Assembly: GCA_040218735.1 (NCBI GenBank)
Contig: JAVJQW010000070.1
Location: 192,001 to 256,000 of the forward strand
Reading direction: 5' to 3'
Length of the DNA stretch: 64,000 nucleotides
DNA from: Deltaproteobacteria bacterium
GTDB taxonomy: Bacteria; Myxococcota; Kuafuiibacteriia; Kuafuiibacteriales; Kuafuiibacteriaceae
Under the pieces are notes generated by a model. That model made no database searches, was not told where the DNA came from, and saw only the letters and a program-made list of their open reading frames with translations. Positions 28,822 through 38,164 of this stretch are shown piece after piece. The translations under genes were made by a program, and so were the position numbers. How positions within the stretch are numbered: position 1 is the first letter of the stretch; every line of letters begins with the position of its first letter.

Positions 28822-29817
28822 ATGGACATGAAGACCTGGACGCTCCCCCTGGCCACCCTCCTCCTCGTCGCCTGCCAGCCCCCGGCGGACGAGTACCGAA
28901 ACGCCCTCCCCGACCGCGAGACCATCGAGGTCGACGTCCCCGCGCAGGACAGCACCGCGTCCGGCCTCGGCTCCAAGACCTCCGCGCTCGTCGGCGAGCC
29001 GGCGGACCTCTACACGAACACCTACTACACGGCGCGCGACATCAACGTGCTCGGCAAGTTCGTCGTCGAGCTCGTCGAGACGATCGCCTCCTACCCCGCG
29101 ACCACCCTCGACGAGACCTCCGCGACATGGGGCCCCTTCTCCGACGAGCGCGAGCCGAACGAGTTCAAGCTGACCATCCAAAAGGACGCCGACGTCGCCA
29201 CCCGCTACGACTGGGCCATCGAGGGTCGGCACAAGAGTGAGAAGGACTTCCTCGCCCTCGCGCGCGGTTCGTTCGAGCCCGACGAGGACCCCGACTTCGG
29301 CCGCGGCTGGTTCGTGCTCGACTTCGACACGATCCGCACGCTCGACCCGTCCGAGGATGGCGCCGGCCGCGTCGCGTACGCGTTCGAGAAGAACGCCGAG
29401 AGCGTGAGCGTCCGCGTCCACGTCGCCGGGACCCACCGCGGCGAGCGCATCGAGGCCGGCTACGCCTACGGCGAGGACAAGTCCGGCGCCGGCTTCATCC
29501 TCTTCTCCACCCCGATCGACGTGCACGAAGGCCCCGCGCTCGAGGACGTCATCATCCGCACGCGCTGGACCCCGTCGGGCGCCGGCCGCGCGGACGTCAT
29601 CGCCTCCGGCGGCGACATCGGCGACGACGTGTTCGAAGGCTCGCAGTGCTGGGGCGACGACTTCGTGTCGAGCTACGAGCAGTTCAGCGTGAACCGCGAG
29701 ATCGTCGCGAACGAAGGTGAAGGCAAGACGTGTGTGCTCGACGTCGCCGCGCCGCCGCGCGCCGACGAGCTGCCCACCGCCCACGATGTCGAGGACCCGA
29801 ACGGCTCCACGATTTGA
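28822..29817 (+). CDS. Lipoprotein A of the ECF/caspase cassette, unknown function
   Basis: Lipobox LLVAC; shares motifs with 32803..33798; start 28822 or 28828. Confidence 0.75.
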   Translation: MDMKTWTLPLATLLLVACQPPADEYRNALPDRETIEVDVPAQDSTASGLGSKTSALVGEPADLYTNTYYTARDINVLGKFVVELVETIASYPATTLDETSATWGPFSDEREPNEFKLTIQKDADVATRYDWAIEGRHKSEKDFLALARGSFEPDEDPDFGRGWFVLDFDTIRTLDPSEDGAGRVAYAFEKNAESVSVRVHVAGTHRGERIEAGYAYGEDKSGAGFILFSTPIDVHEGPALEDVIIRTRWTPSGAGRADVIASGGDIGDDVFEGSQCWGDDFVSSYEQFSVNREIVANEGEGKTCVLDVAAPPRADELPTAHDVEDPNGSTI

Positions 29818-29903
29818 GCTACGCCGACGCCAACGGGGCGGCTTGTCCGCCCCCAGTCGAGGTGACACCATGCGCGCCGCGAACCCACGGACGACCCCTC
29901 TCG

Positions 29904-30419
29904 ATGTCCGATTCGAAACCCTCGCGGCGCGCCGAGATCGCCGAGCTCTACGTCACCTACGGACCGATGGTGTTCACGCGCTGCCGGTACCTGCTCCGGG
30001 ACGAGGAAGCCGCCCGCGACGCGACGCAGGAAGTCTTCGTCAAGGTGATGCGCTCGCTGGACGGCTTCCGGCAGGACTCGGCGCTCTCCACCTGGATCGT
30101 ACGCATCGCGACGAACCACTGCCTCAACGTCATCGCTTCGAACAAAGCGAAGTGGCGCGAACGGTTTCAGCGCTACATGGAGCACATGGACGAGGGGGGC
30201 CTGCTTGCGGGCGTCGACCCGGAGCGCGCTCGACTCGTGCAGCAGGTGCTCGGCAAGGTCGACAAGGAGACGCAGGCGGTGGCGGTTCACTACTACGTGG
30301 ACGAGATGACGCAGCAGGAGATCGCAGACTTGATGGGCCGTTCGCTCCCCACCGTTCGCAAGCGCCTCGCGAAGTTCACGCGGGTCGCGAAGAAGGAGCT
30401 GGCGCATGGCCAAAGATGA
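29904..30419 (+). CDS. ECF RNA polymerase sigma factor
   Basis: ARDATQEVFVK, STWIVRIATNHCLN (region 2); MTQQEIADLMGRSLPTVRKRL (region 4). Confidence 0.92.
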   Translation: MSDSKPSRRAEIAELYVTYGPMVFTRCRYLLRDEEAARDATQEVFVKVMRSLDGFRQDSALSTWIVRIATNHCLNVIASNKAKWRERFQRYMEHMDEGGLLAGVDPERARLVQQVLGKVDKETQAVAVHYYVDEMTQQEIADLMGRSLPTVRKRLAKFTRVAKKELAHGQR

Positions 30420-31191
30420 GGAGGACGAGGTGATCGCGCAGCACCCCGAGATCCGACGCACCGAGCTCGTGCAGTACACACTCGGCGAGCTGGCGGACCC
30501 GACCGCGTTCGAGACGCGGCTCGAGAACGACCCCGAGGCGAAGCAGCGCCTCGAGGCGGTCGAAGCCGGACACGCCGAAGCGGCGAAGCACCTGAACGTC
30601 GCGACCGACACCGCGCGCATCCTCGCGCGCCTGGAGGCCGAGGAGACGAAGCCCTCTTGGGTCCGCAAGTGGTGGCCGGCGGCCGCGCTCGTCACCGCAC
30701 TCGCCGCGGTGCCTCTGGTCGTTCTGCAGGGCCCCGGCGAGACTTCGACCACGCGCACGAAGGGGCTGGCGCCGGCGCTGGAGCTGTACGTCGACGATCC
30801 TTCGGGGCCGCGGCGCGCCGAGGACGGCGTGCACCTCGGCGAAGGCGACGCGATTCAGTTCAAGTACCGCGCGGACGGTCACGCGTACCTGTTCGTGCTC
30901 TCCGTGGACGAGGCGGGGCGCATCTCGCCGCTGTACCCCGACGTGCCGACCGAGAGCATCGCGGTGGAGCCCGACGGCACGAACGTGTTGGAGGGGAGCA
31001 TCATCCTCGACGACGTGGTCGGCGCCGAGCGCATCTTCGCCGTGTTCTCCAAGGCCCCCCTCGCGTTCGGCGATCTGGAGGCCGCGATCGAAACCAACCG
31101 GCGGGATGGGACGGACGTCACGGCCTTGCCCGCGCTCGGGATCGGGCGCGACGATGTCTTCGAGACGAGCGTCCTGATCATCAAGGAGTGA
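30406..31191 (+). CDS. Putative anti-sigma factor with TM and periplasmic DUF4384-like domain
   Basis: Overlaps the sigma gene; short N-terminal domain, TM, RTKG, then LGEGDAIQF.Y...YLFVLSVD..G.ISPLYP...LDD..GAERIFAVFS. Confidence 0.75.
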   Translation: MAKDEEDEVIAQHPEIRRTELVQYTLGELADPTAFETRLENDPEAKQRLEAVEAGHAEAAKHLNVATDTARILARLEAEETKPSWVRKWWPAAALVTALAAVPLVVLQGPGETSTTRTKGLAPALELYVDDPSGPRRAEDGVHLGEGDAIQFKYRADGHAYLFVLSVDEAGRISPLYPDVPTESIAVEPDGTNVLEGSIILDDVVGAERIFAVFSKAPLAFGDLEAAIETNRRDGTDVTALPALGIGRDDVFETSVLIIKE

Positions 31192-31192
31192 C

Positions 31193-32806
31193 TTGAGAGC
31201 GGCCGCCACCATCCTCGCCGCGCTCGCCGCGGTGGCCCTCGCGGGCAGCGCCCACGCCGCGCCGTCGCGCCGGTTTGCGCTCGTTGTCGGCAACAACGTC
31301 GGCGGCGGCGACACCGTCGACCTGCGCTACGCCGAGGACGACGCGAAGAAGATGCGAGCGGTCCTGTCGCAGATCGGCGGGTACCGCGGCGAGGACATCG
31401 TCACTCTCCTCGGCCGCAGCGCCGACGACGTGCTGCTCGCGGTGAGTGATCTGGAGAGCCGCATCCGCACCGCCAAGGAGGCCGGCGACCACACCACGCT
31501 GCTGCTGTACTACTCGGGGCACGCGAAGGTCGGGCAGCTGTACATGGGCGCGTCGCGGCTCGCGATGGACCACCTCAAGAAGCAGATCACGGAGTCCGCG
31601 GCGGACATCCGAATCGGCATCATCGACAGCTGCGAGTCCGGGGCGATCACGCGCGAAAAAGGCGGGCGCCGCGGGCCGTCGTTCCTGTTCGACACCGACG
31701 ACCGCGAAGCCGCGCGCGGGCTCATCCTCATCAGCTCGTCGAGCGAGGACGAGTCGAGCCAGGAGAGCGACGAGCTCGGCGGGTCGTTCTTCACGCACTA
31801 CCTCGCGAGCGGGCTGCGCGGTGACGCCGACGAGTCCGGCGACCAGCGCGTCACACTCGGCGAAGCGTACGTCTACACGTACCACCGCACGGTGAGCATG
31901 ACCGCGAACACCCGCTCCGGGACGCAGCACCCGACCTACTCCTACGACCTCGAGGGTCAGGGCGACATCGTGTTGACGGACCTGTCCAAGGGCACCACCG
32001 GCGTGCTGTTCCCGCGCGACCTGCAGGGCAGCTATCTGATCTTCGATCGCGGACGCGATCAGATCGCCGCGGAGATCGCGAAGACCTCCGGCGCCGAGCG
32101 GCGCCTCGCGCTGCCCGACGGGCAGTACGTGGTGAAGAAGCGCCTCACCGATCACCTGCGCATGGCGAACTTCTCGCTCGCGCGCGGCACCTACTACACG
32201 GTGGACGAAGGTGTAATGGAGAAGGTCGCGTTCGAGGACGACTACGCGAAGGGCCCGGCGGTGCGCGCCGCGCTGATCCGCGATCGCGCGACGCGCGGGA
32301 CGCTGAAGGGCATCGTGATGTACCAGAGCTTCTTCTCCTCCGACGCGCGCGCGGATCTCGTCCCGCCCACCGCGCTGTTCGGCGCGAGCCTGGAGCTGGC
32401 GCCGCTGCTCTCGGCGCACATCGGCTTCGAGCTGCTCGTCGGGGGGGTGAAGGATCAGACGCTCACGCTGGACGGGGTGTCGCTGCCGTTCGACTTCTTC
32501 GAGACGCAGGTCGCGGTGTCGATGCAGTGGCACTTCGGCCTCGGGATGTTCGATCTGTACGTGGGGCCGCGGTTGTCCGGCATCTACCTGCGGCGCTCGT
32601 TCCCGAAGGACGACGATCTCAAGGACTACACGCAGGACTTCTTCGGGATGAGCCCGGCGCTGTCCGGCGGCGTGGCGTTCTTCCCGGGCGACGACCGTGA
32701 CTTCTCGATCGAGCTCGCCACCCGCGCGGGTTACCTGGCGTTCTCCGTGGAGAACCGCTCGCTGTTCTACGGCGAGATGGGCGTGATGATGGGGTACCGA
32801 CTATGA
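31193..32806 (+). CDS. Secreted caspase-family (peptidase C14) protein with C-terminal beta-barrel-like domain
   Basis: TTG start after AAGGAG; signal peptide; RFALVVGNN, LRYAEDDA, YYSGHA (His), IDSCESG (Cys), SFFTHYL, TQHP; amphipathic beta C-terminus ending GYRL. Confidence 0.88.
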   Translation: MRAAATILAALAAVALAGSAHAAPSRRFALVVGNNVGGGDTVDLRYAEDDAKKMRAVLSQIGGYRGEDIVTLLGRSADDVLLAVSDLESRIRTAKEAGDHTTLLLYYSGHAKVGQLYMGASRLAMDHLKKQITESAADIRIGIIDSCESGAITREKGGRRGPSFLFDTDDREAARGLILISSSSEDESSQESDELGGSFFTHYLASGLRGDADESGDQRVTLGEAYVYTYHRTVSMTANTRSGTQHPTYSYDLEGQGDIVLTDLSKGTTGVLFPRDLQGSYLIFDRGRDQIAAEIAKTSGAERRLALPDGQYVVKKRLTDHLRMANFSLARGTYYTVDEGVMEKVAFEDDYAKGPAVRAALIRDRATRGTLKGIVMYQSFFSSDARADLVPPTALFGASLELAPLLSAHIGFELLVGGVKDQTLTLDGVSLPFDFFETQVAVSMQWHFGLGMFDLYVGPRLSGIYLRRSFPKDDDLKDYTQDFFGMSPALSGGVAFFPGDDRDFSIELATRAGYLAFSVENRSLFYGEMGVMMGYRL

Positions 32807-33798
32807 AGCGACTCGCGCTGGTCTTGGTGGCGTTCGCGATGGGCTGCAACGCGGCCTACTCGAACGAGGACATCCTCTTCCTGAAGGCGCTCCCGCGCGG
32901 GCTGTCGATCGAGTTGCCGGAGCAGGACACGACGGCGAGCGGGCTGCGCCCGGCGGAGGGGTTCGACGGGGACCACGCGAAGTTCCAGAGCGACGCGACG
33001 AACGCTGCGAAGGAGATCAACGCGGTGATCGCCGAGGTCTTCACGTACGTCGACTTCGTCGTGGAGAACGTCGACCCGGTCGTGGAGGACGAGGACACGC
33101 GAATCTGGGGCCCCTTCCCGATCGAGGACGGCAACGAGATCGCGCTGCTCATCAACCACGTGCGGACCTCCACCGAGGCCGGCCCCTTCGTGGACCAGGG
33201 GGCGGTGGTCCGGACCGACGATCATTTCACGTACTGGTTCGCGGTGCGCCCCCAGGGCGGCACCGACGACGAGTGGATCCCGATCATCGCGGGTCAGACG
33301 GTCCCGATCGAGGGCACGCGCCACGGCGCCGGACTGCTCATCCTGAACCTCGCGGCCGTGCAGCCCGGCGAGCCTGTCATCGCGATCGGCTACGACAGTC
33401 GGTTGGACGACGGCTTCCGCGAATCGATCGACGTCGCGGTCGACGTCGACCTCCAACAGGGCGCGAAGTTCGACCCGGAGGGGGCGTGGCTGTGGCGCCG
33501 CGACGACGTCGGCACGACGGACTTCGCGCTCATCGTGCTGCAGAACCTCCCGAACACGGGGCCGCGGCTCGAGAAGTTCATCATCGCGACGCGTTGGTTC
33601 GCGGCGGGCTTCGGGCGCGCCGACGTGGTGCTGGAGGACGGCGACCTCGGCAACCTCGTCTTCTACGCGAGTGAGTGCTGGAACCCGGGCTTCGATCGCA
33701 CGTACTTCGCGTCGAACGCGCCGCAGCTCCAAGACCAGATCACCGGTACGCCGGACGACTGCGCCGAGGGGCTCCGCCAGCCCTTCGGCGGCGACTGA
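32803..33798 (+). CDS. Lipoprotein B of the ECF/caspase cassette (paralog of 28822..29817)
   Basis: ATGA overlap with the caspase gene; lipobox FAMGC; WGPF, TRW...G.GRADV, CW motifs. Confidence 0.75.
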   Translation: MKRLALVLVAFAMGCNAAYSNEDILFLKALPRGLSIELPEQDTTASGLRPAEGFDGDHAKFQSDATNAAKEINAVIAEVFTYVDFVVENVDPVVEDEDTRIWGPFPIEDGNEIALLINHVRTSTEAGPFVDQGAVVRTDDHFTYWFAVRPQGGTDDEWIPIIAGQTVPIEGTRHGAGLLILNLAAVQPGEPVIAIGYDSRLDDGFRESIDVAVDVDLQQGAKFDPEGAWLWRRDDVGTTDFALIVLQNLPNTGPRLEKFIIATRWFAAGFGRADVVLEDGDLGNLVFYASECWNPGFDRTYFASNAPQLQDQITGTPDDCAEGLRQPFGGD

Positions 33799-33799
33799 T

Positions 33800-35155
33800 T
33801 CACTTCGGGCAGCCGTACGAGCTCTTGCTCTTGTTGTTCCACCCGTTGTGCGCCTGGCGCAGCTTCCGGGCCTGATCCGGTCCGAGCTCCGAAGCGATCG
33901 CCTGCTCCAGCCGATCACCCGACGACGTCAGCGTGCGGAACATCCGTTCGACCGGCTGCAGCTCCGTCCCCTCGGGCGGCGGCGGTAGGCGCCCCGCCCG
34001 CTCGTGGGACAGGCGCAAGAAGAGCTGCTGCATCACCTCGCGCGGCGTCTTGTCCGTGATCTCCGCGAACATCGCCTCCGTCGCCATGCTCCCCGTGTTC
34101 GGGTCGCCGGTCACCGCGGTGTACGTCTGCTGGATGACCGCCTTCAGCTCGTCGTGGCTCGCCGCGAGGAGCTTGTCGGCGATCTCCCGCTCGCCCTCCG
34201 TGAGGCCGACCTTGTCCACGTCGGCGTCCGGCACGGTGGGCGGCTTCACGCCGGTCGACACCGCGTCCCACGCGACGAGGCAGTCGTCCGCGAAACGCTG
34301 CACCATCTTCTCGGAGGGCTCGAAGAACGGACGCTCGTCGGGCGCCTCCGCGAGCTCCTGCTTCACCTTCGCGAGCTCCCGCTTCAGGTGCAGGTTCTCG
34401 AGGTTGGCCTTCGTCAGCGCCTGGTGGAGCTCCTCGGGCGTCTCGTCCGTCGGGACGACGGGCTCGTCGACGACCACCGCGCGCGCCATCATCCCGTCCG
34501 CGGGCTTGTCGCGGGCCTTCGCCGACAGCTGCGGAGCGAACCGCTTCGGTTTGCCCTCGTCGGTCAGGCGCGCCGCCTCCCCCGCCTCGAGCGTGACCTC
34601 GCCACCCGGCGCGGCCGTCACCACCTTGCCCTCGTAGACCGTGACCACCACGGTGGTCGCGACGAGCGCCCCCGCCGCCGCGCCCACGAGCGCCGCCTTC
34701 TTCGACTCCATTTCGATGACCTCCACGCGGAAGCTCGTCCCGAGCACCCGCACCTTCTTGTCCTGCACGCGGACCTCGAAGGTCCCCCCGCGCTCTACTC
34801 GATAGAATACATTCCCGCGATTCTGCTGAACCACGGCCTCCCCGCGTCGGCCGATTCTCCAGGCCAACGCGCTCCCCGCCTCGGCGACCGCCGTCGCGCG
34901 ATCGCCGATCGCGATAGTCGTGCGCGTCGAGGGCGACGCCTCGCCCTGCGCCGACCGGTCGAACGCCCACACCACAGCGAACACCGCCGCCGCACCTGCG
35001 GCGAGCGCCATCCAGCGCCGGGACTTCGAACGGGGCTTCGGCGCCTCTTCCCGGGGCGCCTCGGGGACGACCCGCTCCGCGAGATCGTCGGGGAGCGCGG
35101 GCACGTCCCACGCGTCGAGCGCCTCACGCTCCTCGGGGGTGAACGCGTCGTTCAT
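33800..35155 (-). CDS. FecR-domain anti-sigma factor-like protein
   Basis: ATGA overlap with the sigma gene; short N-terminus, TM, GNVFYRV...FEVRV...VRVLGTSFRVEV...VYEGKV...LEAGE. Confidence 0.8.
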   Translation of the reverse strand: MNDAFTPEEREALDAWDVPALPDDLAERVVPEAPREEAPKPRSKSRRWMALAAGAAAVFAVVWAFDRSAQGEASPSTRTTIAIGDRATAVAEAGSALAWRIGRRGEAVVQQNRGNVFYRVERGGTFEVRVQDKKVRVLGTSFRVEVIEMESKKAALVGAAAGALVATTVVVTVYEGKVVTAAPGGEVTLEAGEAARLTDEGKPKRFAPQLSAKARDKPADGMMARAVVVDEPVVPTDETPEELHQALTKANLENLHLKRELAKVKQELAEAPDERPFFEPSEKMVQRFADDCLVAWDAVSTGVKPPTVPDADVDKVGLTEGEREIADKLLAASHDELKAVIQQTYTAVTGDPNTGSMATEAMFAEITDKTPREVMQQLFLRLSHERAGRLPPPPEGTELQPVERMFRTLTSSGDRLEQAIASELGPDQARKLRQAHNGWNNKSKSSYGCPK

Positions 35156-35688
35156 CGTTCCTCCTCCCGCACCGACGCGAGCGCCGCCCGGGCGCGCGCG
35201 ATGCGTGACTTCACCGTGCCGATCTCGACCGCCTGGATGCGGGCGATCTCGGCGTAGTCGAGGTCGTGGTACGCGCGCAGCACGAGCGCGGCGCGGGTGT
35301 CGTCGGGGAGCTTCATCATCTCGGCCTCCACGCGATCCACGAGGCGCATCGAAGCGACCCGCGACTCCGGGGACGGGGCGCGGTCGACGAGCTCGATCAC
35401 CTCGGCGTCGACGGACGGCTTGCGGAGGCGATCGATCGCGATGCGCGTGGCTATCGTGAGGATCCAGGTCGACAGCTTCGCGGGCCCCTTCGGATCGAAC
35501 CGCTCGAGCGCACGGACCACGCGCTCGAACGTCTCCTGCGCGGCGTCGACGACGTCCGGCGAGCCGCGCCCCAGCATGCGAAACAAGAGCGCGCCGACGC
35601 GCGGCTGGTAGAACCGAATGAGCTGCCGCTGAGCGTCCGGATCCTTCCGGCGCGCCCGTCCGAGCGTGACGTCGTCGAGCTCGTCCAC
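35152..35688 (-). CDS. ECF RNA polymerase sigma factor
   Basis: DAAQETF, LSTWILTIATRIAIDRLR, LDYAEIA....IGTVKSRIARAR; GAGGA RBS before GTG 35688. Confidence 0.92.
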   Translation of the reverse strand: MDELDDVTLGRARRKDPDAQRQLIRFYQPRVGALLFRMLGRGSPDVVDAAQETFERVVRALERFDPKGPAKLSTWILTIATRIAIDRLRKPSVDAEVIELVDRAPSPESRVASMRLVDRVEAEMMKLPDDTRAALVLRAYHDLDYAEIARIQAVEIGTVKSRIARARAALASVREEER

Positions 35689-36001
35689 GCGCGAATCCTC
35701 GCTCGGTTTCAGCCGCCGCGCCGCCCGCACACCCCTTCCACGGCGGCGACACCGAAGAGTTCCCGAGCTTTTGCACTTTTTTCGAGCAACCTTTGAAATG
35801 TCCGTCCGATAACTACAGATGGTTACATTTGATGGCGTGCGCGGGCAGCGCAGTTTTCACGTCATCGCGAACGATTTTCAAAGCTTGCGACCGGCGGACG
35901 GTCGACAAGACGGTGCATGGCAAGCGAGGCCGGGTGCATGGGGCACCCGGTCTCGCGCTTTTCGTAACGGCCCCGCACCCAACGCCGTACCCTGGGGCGT
36001 G

Positions 36002-37024
36002 ATGAGAGTCCTCGTCCTCGGACTGGCCACCTCCCTCCTCGGCTGCACGGCCTCGGCCCACGCCGCGACGCCCCCCGAGCTCGGCGACGTCGCCTGGCTC
36101 CGCGACTACGACCAGGCGAAGAAACGCGCGAAGTCCGAGGGCAAACCGATCCTGATCCTCTTCGACGAGGTCCCCGGCTGTCAGACCTGCGTGCGCTACG
36201 GGCAGAGCGTCCTCCGCCACCCGCTGATCGTCGAAGCCGCCGAGACGGAGTTCGTACCCGTCGCGATCTACAACAACGTCGGCGGCAAGGACCGCGCGGT
36301 CCTGAAGCAGTACAAGGAGCCGACCTGGAACAACCCCGTGGTGCGCATCGTCGACGCCGACGAACAGGGGCTCACCCCGCGCCTCGCCGGCGACTACTCC
36401 CGCGCGGGCCTCGTGCGCGCGATGATCACCAGCCTCGAAGAACTCGGCCGCCCCGTCCCGCAGTACCTGACGATCCTCGCGACCGAGCTCGGCGCGCAGA
36501 CCAAGACCACGGCGCGCGCGGTGTTCTCGATGTACTGCTTCTGGTCGGGCGAAGCCTGCCTCGGCAACGTCGACGGCGTCGTCGCTTCACGCACCGGGTT
36601 CCTGAACGGCTCGGAGGTCGTCGAGATCACCTACGACCCGTCGAAGCTCTCCTACGATCGACTCGTCGCGGCCGCTAAACAGGGCAACTGCGCCTCCCGC
36701 GTGCTCGCCCGCAACGGCGACGAAGCGACGGTCGCCGCGAAACACTTCGGCACCTCCGTCTCCGTCACCGGCAAGTCGGTGCGCGGCTCCGAGAAGGACG
36801 ACAAGTACCAGCTCCGCCACACGCCGTGGCGCTTCGTCCCCATGACGGACCTGCAGGCGAGCCGCGCGAACTCGATGGTCGGACGCGGGCAAGATCCGTC
36901 GCGCCTGTTCTCGCCGCACCAGCGCGCGCTGTTCGAGAAGGCGAAGAAGAAGTCCGGCGCCGTCGTGCTCTTCGAGGAAGACCTCGTCGCGGCGTTCGAG
37001 AAGGCCGAGCGCGCCCTGAACTGA
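36002..37024 (+). CDS. Exported thioredoxin-like protein (VPGUxxT-family-like, Cys variant) fused to an MsrA-like domain
   Basis: Signal peptide; KPILILFDEVPGCQTC; EPTWNNPVVRI; MYCFWSGEACLG..DGVVASRTGF....EVVEITYDP. Confidence 0.75.
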   Translation: MRVLVLGLATSLLGCTASAHAATPPELGDVAWLRDYDQAKKRAKSEGKPILILFDEVPGCQTCVRYGQSVLRHPLIVEAAETEFVPVAIYNNVGGKDRAVLKQYKEPTWNNPVVRIVDADEQGLTPRLAGDYSRAGLVRAMITSLEELGRPVPQYLTILATELGAQTKTTARAVFSMYCFWSGEACLGNVDGVVASRTGFLNGSEVVEITYDPSKLSYDRLVAAAKQGNCASRVLARNGDEATVAAKHFGTSVSVTGKSVRGSEKDDKYQLRHTPWRFVPMTDLQASRANSMVGRGQDPSRLFSPHQRALFEKAKKKSGAVVLFEEDLVAAFEKAERALN

Positions 37025-37039
37025 CCCCCTCCGAATTCG

Positions 37040-38164
37040 ATGACCGGCCGAACGCCGCCGCACATCCTCCCCACGATCGTCGGCGCGCAGTTCGCCGGCG
37101 GTTCGCTGTGGTTCGCGGGAAACGCAGTGCTCCCTCAGCTACGCGCCGAGCTGGGCATCGACGGCGACGTCGCGTCCGTCACCGCCGCCGTCCAGATCGG
37201 CTTCATCCTCGGCACGGCGTTCCTCGCCGCGTCGGGGCTCGCGGATCGATTCACGGGGCGCGCGGTCTTCTTCGTCTCCGTCGTCGTGGGCGCGGTCGCG
37301 AACGTCGCGGTGCTGCTCGCCGAAGATCTTTGGACGCTCGTCGCGCTGCGCTTCGTCGTCGGCGTGGCGCTCGCCGGCATCTACCCCGTCGGCATGAAAA
37401 TCGCCGCGGGCTGGTACGAAGCCGGGCTGGGCCGCGCGCTCGGATTCCTCGTAGGCGCGCTCGTGCTCGGCACCGCGTTCCCGCACCTCGTCGGCAGCGC
37501 GTTGCCGTGGCGCTGGACCCTCGTCGCGGTCTCCGCGCTCGCGTTCGTGGGCGGCGCCCTGCTCTTTGCGTTCGTCCCCGACGGCCCCCACGTGCGCGCG
37601 TCGACGTTCGACCTCGGCGCCATCCCCAAGCTCCTCCGCATCCCGCGCTTCCGCGGCGCGGCGCTCGGCTACTTCGGACACATGTGGGAGCTCTACACGT
37701 TCTGGGCGTTCCTCCCGGCGTTGCTCATCCGCTACGGAGACCTCCCCGTCGCCGAGATCAGCTTCGCGGTGATCGCGTCGGGCGTCGTGGGTTGTGTCGG
37801 CGGCGGACTCCTCGTCGAACGCCTCTCGGGTCGCCGGGTCGCGCAGGTCCAGCTCGCGGCCTCCGGCGTCTGCTGTCTGCTCCTCGCCTTTGCCATCGAG
37901 CTGCCGCCCGCCGCGTTCGTCGCGTTCCTCTTCGTGTGGGGCGTGACGGTGGTCGGCGACAGCCCGCAGTACTCCGCGATCACCGCGCGAGCCGCGCCGC
38001 CACAGCTCATCGGTACCGGGCTCGCGTTCGTCACGAGCGTCGGCTTCGCCCTCACCGTGGCGAGCATCGCGATCGTGCAGCGCGCCGACGACCTCGTCTT
38101 CGCGCTCACCGCGCTCGCCATCGGACCGGTCCTCGGTCTCGTCGGCCTCGCCCGCGCGCGTTAA
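37040..38164 (+). CDS. MFS transporter
   Basis: Multiple TMs; GLADRFTGR, LRFVVGVALAGIYPVGMK, GHMWELY, DSPQYS. Confidence 0.88.
   Translation: MTGRTPPHILPTIVGAQFAGGSLWFAGNAVLPQLRAELGIDGDVASVTAAVQIGFILGTAFLAASGLADRFTGRAVFFVSVVVGAVANVAVLLAEDLWTLVALRFVVGVALAGIYPVGMKIAAGWYEAGLGRALGFLVGALVLGTAFPHLVGSALPWRWTLVAVSALAFVGGALLFAFVPDGPHVRASTFDLGAIPKLLRIPRFRGAALGYFGHMWELYTFWAFLPALLIRYGDLPVAEISFAVIASGVVGCVGGGLLVERLSGRRVAQVQLAASGVCCLLLAFAIELPPAAFVAFLFVWGVTVVGDSPQYSAITARAAPPQLIGTGLAFVTSVGFALTVASIAIVQRADDLVFALTALAIGPVLGLVGLARAR

Noticed and set aside
35801-35828. dif-like site (CCGTCCGATAA...)
   Set aside because: The left arm resembles a XerC arm, but the right arm does not match TTATGTTAAAT at the required 6-bp spacing.
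36170-36190. Selenocysteine recoding in the VPG motif
   Set aside because: The codon is TGT (Cys); there is no in-frame TGA.
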